DNA of 50,358 nucleotides from Acidimicrobiia bacterium. GTDB lineage: Bacteria; Actinomycetota; Acidimicrobiia; IMCC26256; PALSA-555. The stretch's first letter is position 1; the number at the start of each line of letters is the position of its first letter. Location: positions 1 to 50,358 of the forward strand of contig JBPYDT010000118.1 in NCBI GenBank assembly GCA_051986275.1, given 5' to 3'. A program made the translations under genes and the position numbers. Below the pieces are notes generated by a model. That model was given only the letters and a program-made list of their open reading frames with translations. It was not told the origin of the DNA and ran no database searches. This document shows, piece by piece, positions 9,604-21,153 of this stretch.

Positions 9604-12254
9604 GCGTCGGTCAACCTACCCGCCGTTCCGCTCGCGACCGCCAGCCGCCGGGTCCGTCGCGCCCACCAGACGAGGAGCGCGATGCCCGCGAGGCCGAGCA
9701 GGGTGAGGATGCGTCCGAGCCACTCGGCGCCCGTCGTGCCGTAGGCGAGCGTCACGTGGTGGCTGGTGGGCACGACCACCATGAAGTTCGGGGTGGACCG
9801 GTAGGGGCCGGTCGCGCCGCGGGCCTGCCAGTTAGGGAAGTAGGACGTCTTCACGAGCACCGGCACGCCGGTGCGGGACACGTCGAACGAGACGCTCGTG
9901 TCGGTCTGGCGGATGTGGGTGACCCGCACCGGCGGCAGCGCCTTGCGCGTCAGCTGGCGCGCCGGCGTGGCCTGGGCGTGCTGCCAGCTGGCGGGGCCGT
10001 CGGCGACGAGGACGCGGTCCAGCGCGGTGGGGTCGTTGAACCACGGCACCGCGATGCAGTCCTGCCAGTCGTGCAGCGTGACGTCGCCCGGGTCGACCCC
10101 GTTGTTGATGACCTCCTGCGTGCACGTCGCCTGCTCGTGCGACGACAGCGCGTCGACGACGACGGGCTGGGCCGTCAGCGGGGACACAGTCGGCGAGTTC
10201 GCCACGCGGTAGATGTTCCACCGGTCCGGGTAGATCCCGCCGTGGCTCGTCGGGCTCGTCGCGACGAGCTTCAGCGCGGGACTGCGGTCGGCGGCCTCAC
10301 GCGCCACCGACGAGTGGGCGGCGTAGTACCGGACGCCGAGCATCTGCAGGTACGCCACGCCGAGCGGGAAGTCGGCGATCGTCCGGTACGGCACGCCCCG
10401 GACGGGGTTCGAGATGTTGCCCGGCGCGCCGAGGGTGGCGATGGCCATGAACACGTAGGGGGTCGTCGCCGACGACTCGTAGTAGAGACCATCCATCGTG
10501 GGGAACCGGCCGTTCGTCCAGTACGGCAGCAGCATGAGCGCGAGCGGCGTCCCGTACACGTTGATGCCCGGCCCGCCCTCGAAGAGGGTCCGGCCCGGGT
10601 CGGGCAGCCGCCCGATCGTGTCCATGAGGCGCTGGTACTCGGGGAAGTCCTTCTTCAGGCCCGGCCCCTGCCCCCTGAGGTCCTGGTACCCGCTCTCGTT
10701 CCACTTCACCCAGTAGGGCAGGAAGTCCCTCGACCGGTCGATGTTGATGAGCGTCCCGACGGTCAGCGCCACGGTGAGCACGACGGCGGTGCCGATGCCG
10801 ACGATTCGCGGCGCGGCCGTCCAGCGCGGCGGGACGCCGTCGAGCAGCACGTCGTCCGCTCGGGCGGCGAGGCGCCACGCCTGGACGCGCCGGGCGAGCC
10901 ACGCCGCGCCGCGCACGAGCTCGGCGACGCCGACGCCCATCATGAGGAACACGCACAGGTACCAGAACGGGAGCACGCGCAGGTTCCAGGCCGGGGTGGC
11001 CTGCACGCTCGCCCACACGACGAACATGAGGCCGGTGAGCGCGGTGAGGAGGGCGAGCACGAGAGTCGAGCGGCGCCGGCCGAGGACCCCGCCGACCACG
11101 GCGATCGTGATGAGCACCGCCGCACCCCACTGCCACGGCAGCGCGCCACGGATCCCGAAGAGGTACGACCACGGGAACAGGAACGACCCGTACTGGGTGA
11201 TCGGCGCGTAGCGCATGTCCGTCGTGTACTGGAGCGTGGCGACGAGGGGGACGCTCCAGACCGCGGTGAGGAGCACGCCGACGACGCCGATCGCCATCGC
11301 GCGCGCCAGCGTCTCGCGCGGCCAGCAGGCGCACAGCACGATGAGCACGCCGAGGCCGGCGAACACCACCGACGCCACCCCGCCGGGCTGGCCGGTCACG
11401 ACCGTGAGGAGGGCCGGCCCGACCGCGACGAGCGCGCCGAGCCCCACCCAGGCGGCTCGTCGTCGCCCGCGCGTCCAGGGCTTCGGCGACGACCCGACGA
11501 CCACGACGACGGCGCCGACGACCGCGAACACCGCGACGACGATGTGGCTCATCGCGGTCGCGGCGAGCAGCACCGCGGGGAGCCAGAGCCCGCGCCGCGT
11601 GCGCAGCGACCACGCGAGCGCGCCGAGGAAGCACAACGCGAGCGCGAGCGCGATCGTGTAGGAGAACTCGCCGGCGAGGTTGCTGGCCAGCGTGCCGCCC
11701 ATGATGTGCTGGTCGAAGGCGACGGTGCTGCGGTCGAACGTCGACGAGCCGGTGTCGCCGTTGAAGAAGACGAACCCGGTGGCGGCGACGGCGAATGCCG
11801 CCGGCGTCGGCTCGGGGGCACGCAGGCCCCGAGCGAAGACGTACGCGCCGACCGGCATGAGCAGCGGGCCAAGCGCGGTGATGAGCTTGAACGCGACGTT
11901 GTAGTTGATGACGCCGTTCAGGCCGACGATCAGCAGCGCCGGGAACGGGAAGTAGAACTGCCCGGCCGGGAAGCCGGCGTAGTAGTCGGGCGACCAGCCC
12001 GAGAGCCGCCACGGCAGCAGGTGGTCGCGGAGGAACGCCGGCCACCAGACGTGGGCGCCCGTGTCGCCGCCGGACGGGGTCGTGTTGCGCAGCAGCAGCG
12101 TCGGGTTGAGCTGCACGAAGATGAAGGTGACGCACGCCGCGAGGACGAGGAGCCCCACCCACACCTCGAGGCGGCCCCACCAGGGGGCCGGCGGCGGCTC
12201 GACCGGCTCGGCGTCGTCGGCCGGCGCGTCGAGCACCGACGTCGAGGCGGCCAT
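9600..12254 (-). CDS. Large polytopic membrane protein, PTPS-related/YfhO-like GT-C glycosyltransferase
   Basis: GGDTGAH...GWSPDYYAGFP..FYFP first loop, about 14 TM segments, extracellular domain with LGVRYY and KTSYFPNW, C-terminal TM helix. Confidence 0.7.
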   Translation of the reverse strand: MAASTSVLDAPADDAEPVEPPPAPWWGRLEVWVGLLVLAACVTFIFVQLNPTLLLRNTTPSGGDTGAHVWWPAFLRDHLLPWRLSGWSPDYYAGFPAGQFYFPFPALLIVGLNGVINYNVAFKLITALGPLLMPVGAYVFARGLRAPEPTPAAFAVAATGFVFFNGDTGSSTFDRSTVAFDQHIMGGTLASNLAGEFSYTIALALALCFLGALAWSLRTRRGLWLPAVLLAATAMSHIVVAVFAVVGAVVVVVGSSPKPWTRGRRRAAWVGLGALVAVGPALLTVVTGQPGGVASVVFAGLGVLIVLCACWPRETLARAMAIGVVGVLLTAVWSVPLVATLQYTTDMRYAPITQYGSFLFPWSYLFGIRGALPWQWGAAVLITIAVVGGVLGRRRSTLVLALLTALTGLMFVVWASVQATPAWNLRVLPFWYLCVFLMMGVGVAELVRGAAWLARRVQAWRLAARADDVLLDGVPPRWTAAPRIVGIGTAVVLTVALTVGTLINIDRSRDFLPYWVKWNESGYQDLRGQGPGLKKDFPEYQRLMDTIGRLPDPGRTLFEGGPGINVYGTPLALMLLPYWTNGRFPTMDGLYYESSATTPYVFMAIATLGAPGNISNPVRGVPYRTIADFPLGVAYLQMLGVRYYAAHSSVAREAADRSPALKLVATSPTSHGGIYPDRWNIYRVANSPTVSPLTAQPVVVDALSSHEQATCTQEVINNGVDPGDVTLHDWQDCIAVPWFNDPTALDRVLVADGPASWQHAQATPARQLTRKALPPVRVTHIRQTDTSVSFDVSRTGVPVLVKTSYFPNWQARGATGPYRSTPNFMVVVPTSHHVTLAYGTTGAEWLGRILTLLGLAGIALLVWWARRTRRLAVASGTAGRLTDA

Positions 12255-12297
12255 TTCCTTAGCCTGCCAGGACGGTCACCCGTCCCGGCGGCGGGGG

Positions 12298-12465
12298 CTA
12301 ACGGGCCCGGGCCAGCTCCAGGACGTGGCTCAAGGGCACGTGGCTGTCACCGGCGGTCCAGGTCTTCGCCTCGCAGCGGCCGCAGCGCCGGAACGTCAGG
12401 TCCTGCCCGGAGACCCGCATCCGAATCTCGACGAGAGAACCTTTGACACACGAAGGGCATTGCAT
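12298..12465 (-). CDS. Small zinc-ribbon protein (55 aa), not in the ORF track
   Basis: MQCPSCVKGSLVEIRMRVSGQDLTFRRCGRCEAKTWTAGDSHVPLSHVLELARAR; two CxxC pairs; GGGAGG SD at 12471-12476, 5 nt from the ATG; fills an otherwise empty gap. Confidence 0.8.
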   Translation of the reverse strand: MQCPSCVKGSLVEIRMRVSGQDLTFRRCGRCEAKTWTAGDSHVPLSHVLELARAR

Positions 12466-12495
12466 CGCAACCTCCCAGCCTCACCTAGACCCGCC

Positions 12496-12523
12496 CTATC
12501 GGCGCGCGGGAGCAGGACCTTGA
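12496..12523 (-). promoter_or_regulatory. Sigma28 (FliA/WhiG)-type promoter
   Basis: TCAAG-N15-GCCGATAG on the minus strand, 30 nt upstream of the zinc-ribbon ATG; close to the sigma28 consensus TAAA-N15/16-GCCGATAA. Confidence 0.5.
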
Positions 12524-12561
12524 ATCGCTCGAATCGGCTGTGGAGGGGGAACCGTCGGGAC

Positions 12562-13290
12562 CTAGAGGAGGATCTGCAGCACGGCCAGCAGGTTGAACCC
12601 GGCGTGGAGGAAGAGCGATTCGGACAGGTCGCCGGTCCGCAGGGCTCGGTCCCCCGACACGAGCCCCAGGAAGAAGAGGGCGGGGACGGCGAAGCCGGCG
12701 CCCGGGTCCAGCGCCACGTGGACGAGGGCGAACACCAGCGCCGAGACGGCGACCGCCGCCGTCGCGTTGGTCCGGCGCACCAGCGCGCGCAGCAGCGCCC
12801 CGCGGAAGAGCAGCTCCTCCCCGAGCGGGGCGACGACGAGCACCGCCACCACGAACGCCGCACCCTCCCAGCCGTGCGCCGACTGGAAGACCCGGACGAC
12901 GCTCTGGGACGACTGGCCCTGGTTGAGATTCCCGGCGTCGACGATCGGGGTGAGGCCGATCCCGGCGACGAACGCCAGCCCCAGCCCGACGACGAACCAG
13001 CCGCTGTCCCGCAGCGAGAGGTGCAGCCCGAAGTCGGCTCGGAGGCTGCCGAGGCCGCGGCGGGCGGCGAAGCTGAGGTACACGACGGCCGTCGTGGTCT
13101 GGGCCGCCAGCCCGGCGAGCGACGCCGGCACCTGGGCGCTCTGGGGGAGCTTCCCGTGGGTGATGAACGGCGCCTCGACGATCGAGGCGGCGAGCAGAGA
13201 GAGAAGGAAGGCGACGGCGGCGTCGGGGAGGCCCCAGCCGACGCGCGGCGCCTCGCTGGACCCGAGCGGCCCGACGGCCCGACCTTCCAT
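12562..13290 (-). CDS. CPBP/Abi family intramembrane metalloprotease
   Basis: APLGEELLFRG, FALVH and HAGFN motifs; multiple TM segments; ATG 13290 preceded by a TAGCGT -10-like hexamer. Confidence 0.9.
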   Translation of the reverse strand: MEGRAVGPLGSSEAPRVGWGLPDAAVAFLLSLLAASIVEAPFITHGKLPQSAQVPASLAGLAAQTTTAVVYLSFAARRGLGSLRADFGLHLSLRDSGWFVVGLGLAFVAGIGLTPIVDAGNLNQGQSSQSVVRVFQSAHGWEGAAFVVAVLVVAPLGEELLFRGALLRALVRRTNATAAVAVSALVFALVHVALDPGAGFAVPALFFLGLVSGDRALRTGDLSESLFLHAGFNLLAVLQILL

Positions 13291-13426
13291 CGGCCGGGAC
13301 GCTACCGGCCGGTCTGCGCCGCCCCGACGCCGCGGCCGCGGCTCGGATTCCGAAGTCGGCGTGCGAGCCGTACCATGGAGGGGCGGAGGGGCTGCGCGAC
13401 GCCCGTCCACCCGCTGAGGAGCCCCG

Positions 13427-15454
<2,028 letters not shown>

Positions 15455-15455
15455 G

Positions 15456-15914
15456 TCAGGCGGGCGGGTCCTCGAGCGCGCCGAGCGTCGGCTCGGGCGT
15501 CGAGCCCGGGGCGCGCAGCTCGGCGACCGCGGCCCACAGATCCGTGGCCGTCGTCGCGCCGACGAACGCGCGGCGCACCACGCCGCCTGCGTCGGCGAGC
15601 AGGATCATCGGGATCGCCGAGATCTCGTAGCGGTCGTGCAGGTCGCGGCGCTCGACGAAGTCGAGCTCGCACGTCGCGACGGCGTCCGACTCGAGGACCG
15701 CGACCTTCGGGCCGAGCCCCTGGCACGACGCGCAGGTGTCGGACGAGAAGTAGGCGACGAGCCACGCCGCGTCCGGCCGGGCGAAGTCGGCCCGGTCGAG
15801 CTGGCGCGGGATCGGGTACTGGTCGCGCGGCGGGCTCTCCGGCCGGCGCCGGCGCAGGCGTGCGGCGACGGCGAGCGCGACCAGGAGGACGCCGGCCCCG
15901 ATGAGGAGCGTCAT
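15456..15914 (-). CDS. Membrane-anchored thioredoxin-like protein
   Basis: ATG 15914 overlaps the upstream stop (ATGA); N-terminal TM helix, FSSDTCASC CxxC, and YEISAIP cis-Pro-like motif. Confidence 0.75.
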   Translation of the reverse strand: MTLLIGAGVLLVALAVAARLRRRRPESPPRDQYPIPRQLDRADFARPDAAWLVAYFSSDTCASCQGLGPKVAVLESDAVATCELDFVERRDLHDRYEISAIPMILLADAGGVVRRAFVGATTATDLWAAVAELRAPGSTPEPTLGALEDPPA

Positions 15915-17341
15915 CCGAGGTCCGGCACGCCGGTGCCGGTGATCACGCTCGGCCCGAGCACCAGCCGGCCCCCGACGACCGGCCCGGTCGCCTGCAGGAC
16001 GAGCACCTGATCGGGTCCGATCGTCGCGTCGAGCGGGAAGACGGCCCGCCGGTGCGCGCCGACCGCCGTCGTGGACACGGGGTGCAGCGCGGCCGCGTCG
16101 CTCCCCGCGGTCAGCAGGGTGACGTGGAGGCGCCGGCCCGTCGTGTTGAGCGCGACGACCTGCGCCGGGTCGGCGGTGTCGAGGCGACCGGTCGTGAACA
16201 CCCAGCGGCGGGCCGACGCGGTGGCGCCGACCGTCGCGGACATCCCCGCGACTGCCGCGGGCGCGGCCCACGTCTCGGTGACGGCCGGGAGGATGGGCCC
16301 GGCGCGGGGGCCGCGGACGGTCAGCGCCCAGCCGCCGCTGGGCGGCACGTTCTGGCCGACGGGGTTGGCCGTGACGTCCATCGACGGGACGGTGAAGCGG
16401 TTCACGGGCAGGGTCGCGTGCTGGTCGAGCGCGAAGTTCAGTGTCGTCTTCGTGCCGGCGTTGGCGAAGTTGGCGATCGAGAGCGTCGCGGCCGTGCCGG
16501 ACTGGGCGTCCAGCGCCGGGATGCGCCACGTCGTCGCCGGCGCGGCGACGCCGAGCATGGTGGTCAGCCCGGCCGGGCCGTTGGACCCGTCGGTCGCGAT
16601 CGACTGCTCGGCGACGAGGCGACCGAGACGGGCGTGCACGTGGAAGGCGAGCGCCTCGTGGTCGGGGACGATGACGTGGAGCGGCAGCGACACGCGGGAG
16701 CGCCGGGGCACCACGACAGCCTGCGCCGAGCCCGGCGACTCGACGCCCGTCGAGGTGAGGAACGTCACGTCGACGATGGCGTCGTCACCGAACGGGTTGA
16801 ACAGCGCGAGCCAGTCTTCGGCGCCGACCCCGGTGTTGCCGCCCGAGAAGTACCAGTCGGTCGTGGCCTGGCGCGCGCAGGGCCCGATGGTGTCCTGCGA
16901 CCCGCGGCTGAGCTCGTGCTCGACGACGCCCCCGCTGCCGGGCACCTCGACGACCACGCCCGGCTCCGGTGCGGTCGCGAGCGTGGAGACCGGCACGCGC
17001 CGCTGGCCGAACGCGGCGACCGACAGCCGTCGCGTGAGGGGCTTCGCGGACCCGGTCATCACCGTGACCGTGGCGGTCACGGTGCGCGGGGCGACGTTCG
17101 CGATGAGCACGGTCTCGGCGGCGCGGCCGTTGGTGACCGCGGTGCCCTCGGCGCAGAACCACGTCGACGCGATCGCGCTCCCGGGAGCGAGCACCGGCCC
17201 CGCGGTGGCCGACGGGGCGGGCGGCAGCGAGGGTCGATAGGGGTGGCCGACCTGGCTGGCGGCGAAGAGCCCGAACGCGCCCCCGGCGACGGCCAGGACG
17301 GCGACGAGCCGCCGCCCGGGCGCGCTGCGCCGCGGGCTCAC
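15911..17341 (-). CDS. DUF5719-like secreted or membrane-anchored beta-rich protein
   Basis: Signal/TM helix, repeated STWFCAEGT / TDWYFSGG...LFNPF modules; coupled to the GT2 gene as in other actinobacteria. Confidence 0.7.
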   Translation of the reverse strand: MSPRRSAPGRRLVAVLAVAGGAFGLFAASQVGHPYRPSLPPAPSATAGPVLAPGSAIASTWFCAEGTAVTNGRAAETVLIANVAPRTVTATVTVMTGSAKPLTRRLSVAAFGQRRVPVSTLATAPEPGVVVEVPGSGGVVEHELSRGSQDTIGPCARQATTDWYFSGGNTGVGAEDWLALFNPFGDDAIVDVTFLTSTGVESPGSAQAVVVPRRSRVSLPLHVIVPDHEALAFHVHARLGRLVAEQSIATDGSNGPAGLTTMLGVAAPATTWRIPALDAQSGTAATLSIANFANAGTKTTLNFALDQHATLPVNRFTVPSMDVTANPVGQNVPPSGGWALTVRGPRAGPILPAVTETWAAPAAVAGMSATVGATASARRWVFTTGRLDTADPAQVVALNTTGRRLHVTLLTAGSDAAALHPVSTTAVGAHRRAVFPLDATIGPDQVLVLQATGPVVGGRLVLGPSVITGTGVPDLG

Positions 17342-20300
17342 CCCTGCTCCCAGAACTCGACGTCGCTCTCGATCAGGGGGGCGCCGCTGAGCCGGCGCTC
17401 CTCGCGCTCGCGGCGGGCGGCGAGCCGGGCCGCATCACGCGTCGGGTCGGGCGGGGCGCGCCGGCGGCCGCGGGCCCACCACACGAGCGCGAGGAGCCAG
17501 AGCAACGCTTCGATGCCGACGAGCTCGTAGACACGACCTTGGCCGGTGTGCGTGATGCTGACCGAGGCGTGCGCCGGCAGGCGGAACTGGTTCGTGACCC
17601 CGAACGCGGGGCGGTGCGCGAGCCCCTGCCCGCCGGCTCGCGCCTGCCAGCCGGCGTCGAACGACTCGAACCAGAGCACGGTCCCGGGACCCGCCGGTGC
17701 CGAACCGAGCGCGCGGCTGGTGGAGAGGTCGAACCCGGCGGCGGCCCGCGCCGGGTCGGCGACCGCGCCCGGAATCGCTCCACGGTGCCGCGGGACGACG
17801 GCGCGTCCCGGGAACCACGCCTCGTTCTCATAGAGCTCGATGCCCGCGTCGCTGCCCAGCCGCGCGAGGTCGAGCTGCCCGCGGAGCCCGGCGTCGAGCG
17901 CGGGGAGCGGCCGCCCGGCGATCCCGCCCGGTCCGTTGCGCCGGGTCAGGACGACGTAGCGCACGCCGAGCGGGCCGAGCACCCGCCCCAGCCGGTTTGT
18001 GCGGCCAGTGATCGCGGCGGTGAGCGCCTCGGCCACGGGGTCGGGCGTCCGCGTGACCGGCGCCCGCAGGAACTCCCGTCCGTCGCCCGGGCCGTTGCGG
18101 GTCAGCGTGTACGAGAGGCCCGGGGTGACGGCGACGGGCGCGAGCGGCAGGACGTTCGGGTCGCCGACCCACAGGATCCGGAACTCGCCCTGGGACTGCT
18201 GGTCGCTCGTGAACGAGAGCGCGGACGCCCACGACGAGCCCGGGCTGTGCCAGCGGCCGTCGGCCGCGTCCCCGAGGAACCCGAGGCCGGCGAGCGTGAC
18301 CCCCGCGACCGCGACGACGATCGTGAGCCCGCGCACACCGAGGCGACGCGGCCGGCGGCTCGCCACGGCGAGGCCCGCGGCGACCGCGAGGCCGAGGGCC
18401 CCGAGCGAGAGCACGCCTTCGGGCGCGGGCACGGCGAAGCCGGGCGCGAAGCGGGCCGGTAGCTCGACCGCGGCCCACGCCACGAGCGTCAGCACCCACG
18501 CACGCGTCGCCCACGCGAGGCGCGGACCGGTCGCGACCAGGAGCGCCATGGCCGCGGCGGCGAGCAAGCCGAAGACGGCGACGCCGCCCCCGGCCGGGCC
18601 GGTCTCGAAGCGCACCAGGTCGAGGATCGAGTAGCTGGGATGGAAGGTGAAGCCGAACGACCCCGGGTCGTGGAGCCCGTGCGACGCGGTGGTCGTCCAC
18701 GGGAACAGCAGGACGGCGGCGCCGACGCCGCCGAGGAGCGCCGCGCCGACGCCGCGGAGCGCGGGCCCGACGCCACCGGCGACGAACCCGGCGACGACGA
18801 ACGCGACCGCCGCGAGCAGCAGGACGACGGCGGCCGGCGGGAACCACGCGCTGGCGAGCGCGGTCACGATGGCGAGGCCGAGGAGCTGACGCCGCCCCGT
18901 CGGGGCGTTCTCGTCGAAGCGCGCGGCGCGCACGAGGAGCAGGACGAGGTGCGGGACGAGCGCGAAGAGGATGAGCGGGCCGAGGCGCCCCTGTGCGATC
19001 GCGTTGCGCGGCACGGGATTGACCCCGTAGGCGATGGCGGCGACGACCGCGCCGGTGCCGTCGGCGCCGACCTGTCGCGCGAGGCGCAATGCACCCGCGG
19101 CGCCCACCGGGATCGCGAGCACGACGAGGAGGGTCAGCCCGAGTCCCACGCTCCCGACGAGCACGGTGCCGATCCCCGTCATGAGCGCCAGCGCGGGCGG
19201 CGCGGCCGCGGTCGATCCGAGGGTCGTGTAGCGCCACGCCGACGTGAACGCCGCCGCGAGGGCCTGCACGCCGGGCCAGGCCGCGAAGTCGCCGACCGCC
19301 GGCACCCCCGACGAGAAGAAGTCCCGTGACCCGATGATGACGGCGAGCACGAACGCGATAAGGCCGAGCGCCGCGGGATGGGTCAGCGCGTGCGCGAACG
19401 ATTCGAGGTTGTCGCGCAGCCGGTCTTCGAGCGATTCGATGCGCTCGTCGGCGTGGTGCTGGCTGAGGAACGCGCCGACACGCGCCGTCGAACCGACCTG
19501 CAGCTCGCGCAGCTCGCCGTCGTTGATCGTGCGCGCCGACTGGGCGCGGCGCCGGGCGCGACGGCGTCGCCCGGCGTGCATGAGGTTCCAGCGCCAGGCG
19601 CCGAGCATGGCGAGGGCCTGTCGCCGTCTCGGGGTGGCGGCGTAGAGGATGGCCTCGAACAGCGCGAGCGCGATGCCGACCGGCACGAGCCGCAGCAACG
19701 AGCGGCGCGAGTAGCAGGTGACCACGACGCGGACCCGCCGGCGGGCCAGGTCGCGTGCGGACGGGATGTCCTCGGGCTGGCGCAGCATCGCGGCCTCGAC
19801 GTGGGCCGCGCGGGCGTCCGGCGCGACGACCACGCGTGCGCCGGCCAGCCAGGCCCGCCAGCACAGGTCGAGGTCCTCGGACCCAGGGAACGCCTCGGGG
19901 TCGAAGCCGTCGAGGGCGTCGAAGAGGTCGGTGCGCACGAGCATCGCGGCGCTGGAGACGTAGAAGACGTCCCGGACAGCGTCGTGCTGCTCCTGGTCGA
20001 GCTCGCCGGGCTCGATCCCGGTGTGCGACCCCCCGAGGCGGTCGATGTTGCGCCCGACGTCGAGGAGGACCTCCGGGTTGTTCGCCGAGACGAGCTTCGG
20101 GCCGACGATCCCGGCGTTCGACCGGTACGCCTCCTCCACGAGCACCCGGACGGCGTCGGGGGCGAGCACCGCGTCGTCGTGGCAGCACAGGAGGAAGGTC
20201 GCGCTCTTCGCGAAGCGCAGGGCCAGGTCGGCCGCCCCGCCGAACCCCGCCTTCCGCCCCGCTTGGTGGACGATGGCGTCGGGCAGGACCGCGGCGACCC

Positions 20301-20517
20301 GTGGCGCCGGGTCCGTGGTCGAGCCCGCGTCGACCACCAGGACGGACAGCGCCGGGTAGTCCTGGCTGCGGAGCGCGCGGAGGGCGGGCTCGAGGAAGGA
20401 CCCGGGGTTCCGGGTCACGACGACCGCGACGACCGACGGCGCGCCCTCGTCGATCTCCTCGAACTCCTGCTCGCCGGGCGGGCGGAGGAGACCGTCAGCG
20501 TCGTCGGGCAGGCTCAT
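17338..20517 (-). CDS. GT2 glycosyltransferase fused to a large multi-TM domain and an extracytoplasmic domain
   Basis: VVAVVVT, VVDAGS, CHDD, EDLDLCWR in the N-terminal domain, then about 13 TM segments; ATG 20517 preceded by TATCCT. Confidence 0.85.
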   Translation of the reverse strand: MSLPDDADGLLRPPGEQEFEEIDEGAPSVVAVVVTRNPGSFLEPALRALRSQDYPALSVLVVDAGSTTDPAPRVAAVLPDAIVHQAGRKAGFGGAADLALRFAKSATFLLCCHDDAVLAPDAVRVLVEEAYRSNAGIVGPKLVSANNPEVLLDVGRNIDRLGGSHTGIEPGELDQEQHDAVRDVFYVSSAAMLVRTDLFDALDGFDPEAFPGSEDLDLCWRAWLAGARVVVAPDARAAHVEAAMLRQPEDIPSARDLARRRVRVVVTCYSRRSLLRLVPVGIALALFEAILYAATPRRRQALAMLGAWRWNLMHAGRRRRARRRAQSARTINDGELRELQVGSTARVGAFLSQHHADERIESLEDRLRDNLESFAHALTHPAALGLIAFVLAVIIGSRDFFSSGVPAVGDFAAWPGVQALAAAFTSAWRYTTLGSTAAAPPALALMTGIGTVLVGSVGLGLTLLVVLAIPVGAAGALRLARQVGADGTGAVVAAIAYGVNPVPRNAIAQGRLGPLILFALVPHLVLLLVRAARFDENAPTGRRQLLGLAIVTALASAWFPPAAVVLLLAAVAFVVAGFVAGGVGPALRGVGAALLGGVGAAVLLFPWTTTASHGLHDPGSFGFTFHPSYSILDLVRFETGPAGGGVAVFGLLAAAAMALLVATGPRLAWATRAWVLTLVAWAAVELPARFAPGFAVPAPEGVLSLGALGLAVAAGLAVASRRPRRLGVRGLTIVVAVAGVTLAGLGFLGDAADGRWHSPGSSWASALSFTSDQQSQGEFRILWVGDPNVLPLAPVAVTPGLSYTLTRNGPGDGREFLRAPVTRTPDPVAEALTAAITGRTNRLGRVLGPLGVRYVVLTRRNGPGGIAGRPLPALDAGLRGQLDLARLGSDAGIELYENEAWFPGRAVVPRHRGAIPGAVADPARAAAGFDLSTSRALGSAPAGPGTVLWFESFDAGWQARAGGQGLAHRPAFGVTNQFRLPAHASVSITHTGQGRVYELVGIEALLWLLALVWWARGRRRAPPDPTRDAARLAARREREERRLSGAPLIESDVEFWEQG

Positions 20518-20606
20518 CGGCGGGGCTGAGGATAGGGGCCGCTTCCCTCGGCACCCCGACCATCTGCGGCGGTGCGGGCGCCCCATCAGGCCTGTGGCAC
20601 CAGTGC

Positions 20607-20635
20607 TTGCAATAGTTAGCAGTTTCGGCTATCTT
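20607..20635 (+). promoter_or_regulatory. Housekeeping sigma promoter of the 20673 gene
   Basis: TTGCAA (20607-20612), 17-nt spacer, TATCTT (20630-20635), in an AT-rich patch. Confidence 0.65.
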
Positions 20636-20672
20636 CGCTAGCAGCGATCACCTCCTCCGAAAGGAGCCTTCG

Positions 20673-21107
20673 ATGAGCAACGACACGCTTCGTGATCTCC
20701 GCCAGCGCGCCGAGGACGCGGCGTACACCGCCGTGGGGGTCGGCGTGCTCGGCTTCCAGCAGGCGCAGGTCCGGCGGCGCGCCGTCCAGCAGCGGCTGGC
20801 CAGCGCGACCCATGACGCGCGCTCCCAGGCCGTGACGCTGTCGGGCGACGCCCGCACCGCCCTCGAGTCGTTCGGGGCCGAGGTGAAGGCGCGAGTCGAG
20901 CCCGTCGTCAGCCGCCTGGGCGAGCAGGTCGAGCCGATCGTGGCCGACGTCCGCACCCGCGTCGAGCCCGTGCTCGAGAGCCTCGGCGTCGCCACGCGCC
21001 GTCCGGCGGACCCCAAGACCGCCACCAGCGCCAAGAGCGCCACGACCGGCAAGAGCGCCACGACCGGCAAGAGCTCCACGAGCGCCACGAGCGCCACGAA
21101 GAACTGA
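20673..21107 (+). CDS. HBHA/phasin-like amphipathic helical protein with Lys/Ala/Thr/Ser-rich tail
   Basis: AAYTAVGVGVLGFQQAQVRRR N-terminus, VEPVV/VEPIV/VEPVL helical repeats, KSATTG repeats; AAGGAG RBS. Confidence 0.6.
   Translation: MSNDTLRDLRQRAEDAAYTAVGVGVLGFQQAQVRRRAVQQRLASATHDARSQAVTLSGDARTALESFGAEVKARVEPVVSRLGEQVEPIVADVRTRVEPVLESLGVATRRPADPKTATSAKSATTGKSATTGKSSTSATSATKN
21032..21074 (+). repeat. 18-bp tandem repeat (about 2.4 copies) encoding KSATTG
   Basis: caagagcgccacgaccgg at 21032-21049 and 21050-21067, partial copy at 21068-21074. Confidence 0.9.
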
Positions 21108-21153
21108 CCCCTCGACGGCGAGCGCGGCGAGCCCGGACGCGTAACGTCACGGG

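Noticed and set aside
12562-13290. Abi-annotated protein as a phage defence system
   Set aside because: It is a CPBP membrane protease in a housekeeping context; the Abi family name does not imply abortive infection.
21020-21100. Short repeats as a CRISPR array or mobile-element end
   Set aside because: In-frame coding repeats without spacers; no cas or transposase genes in the window.
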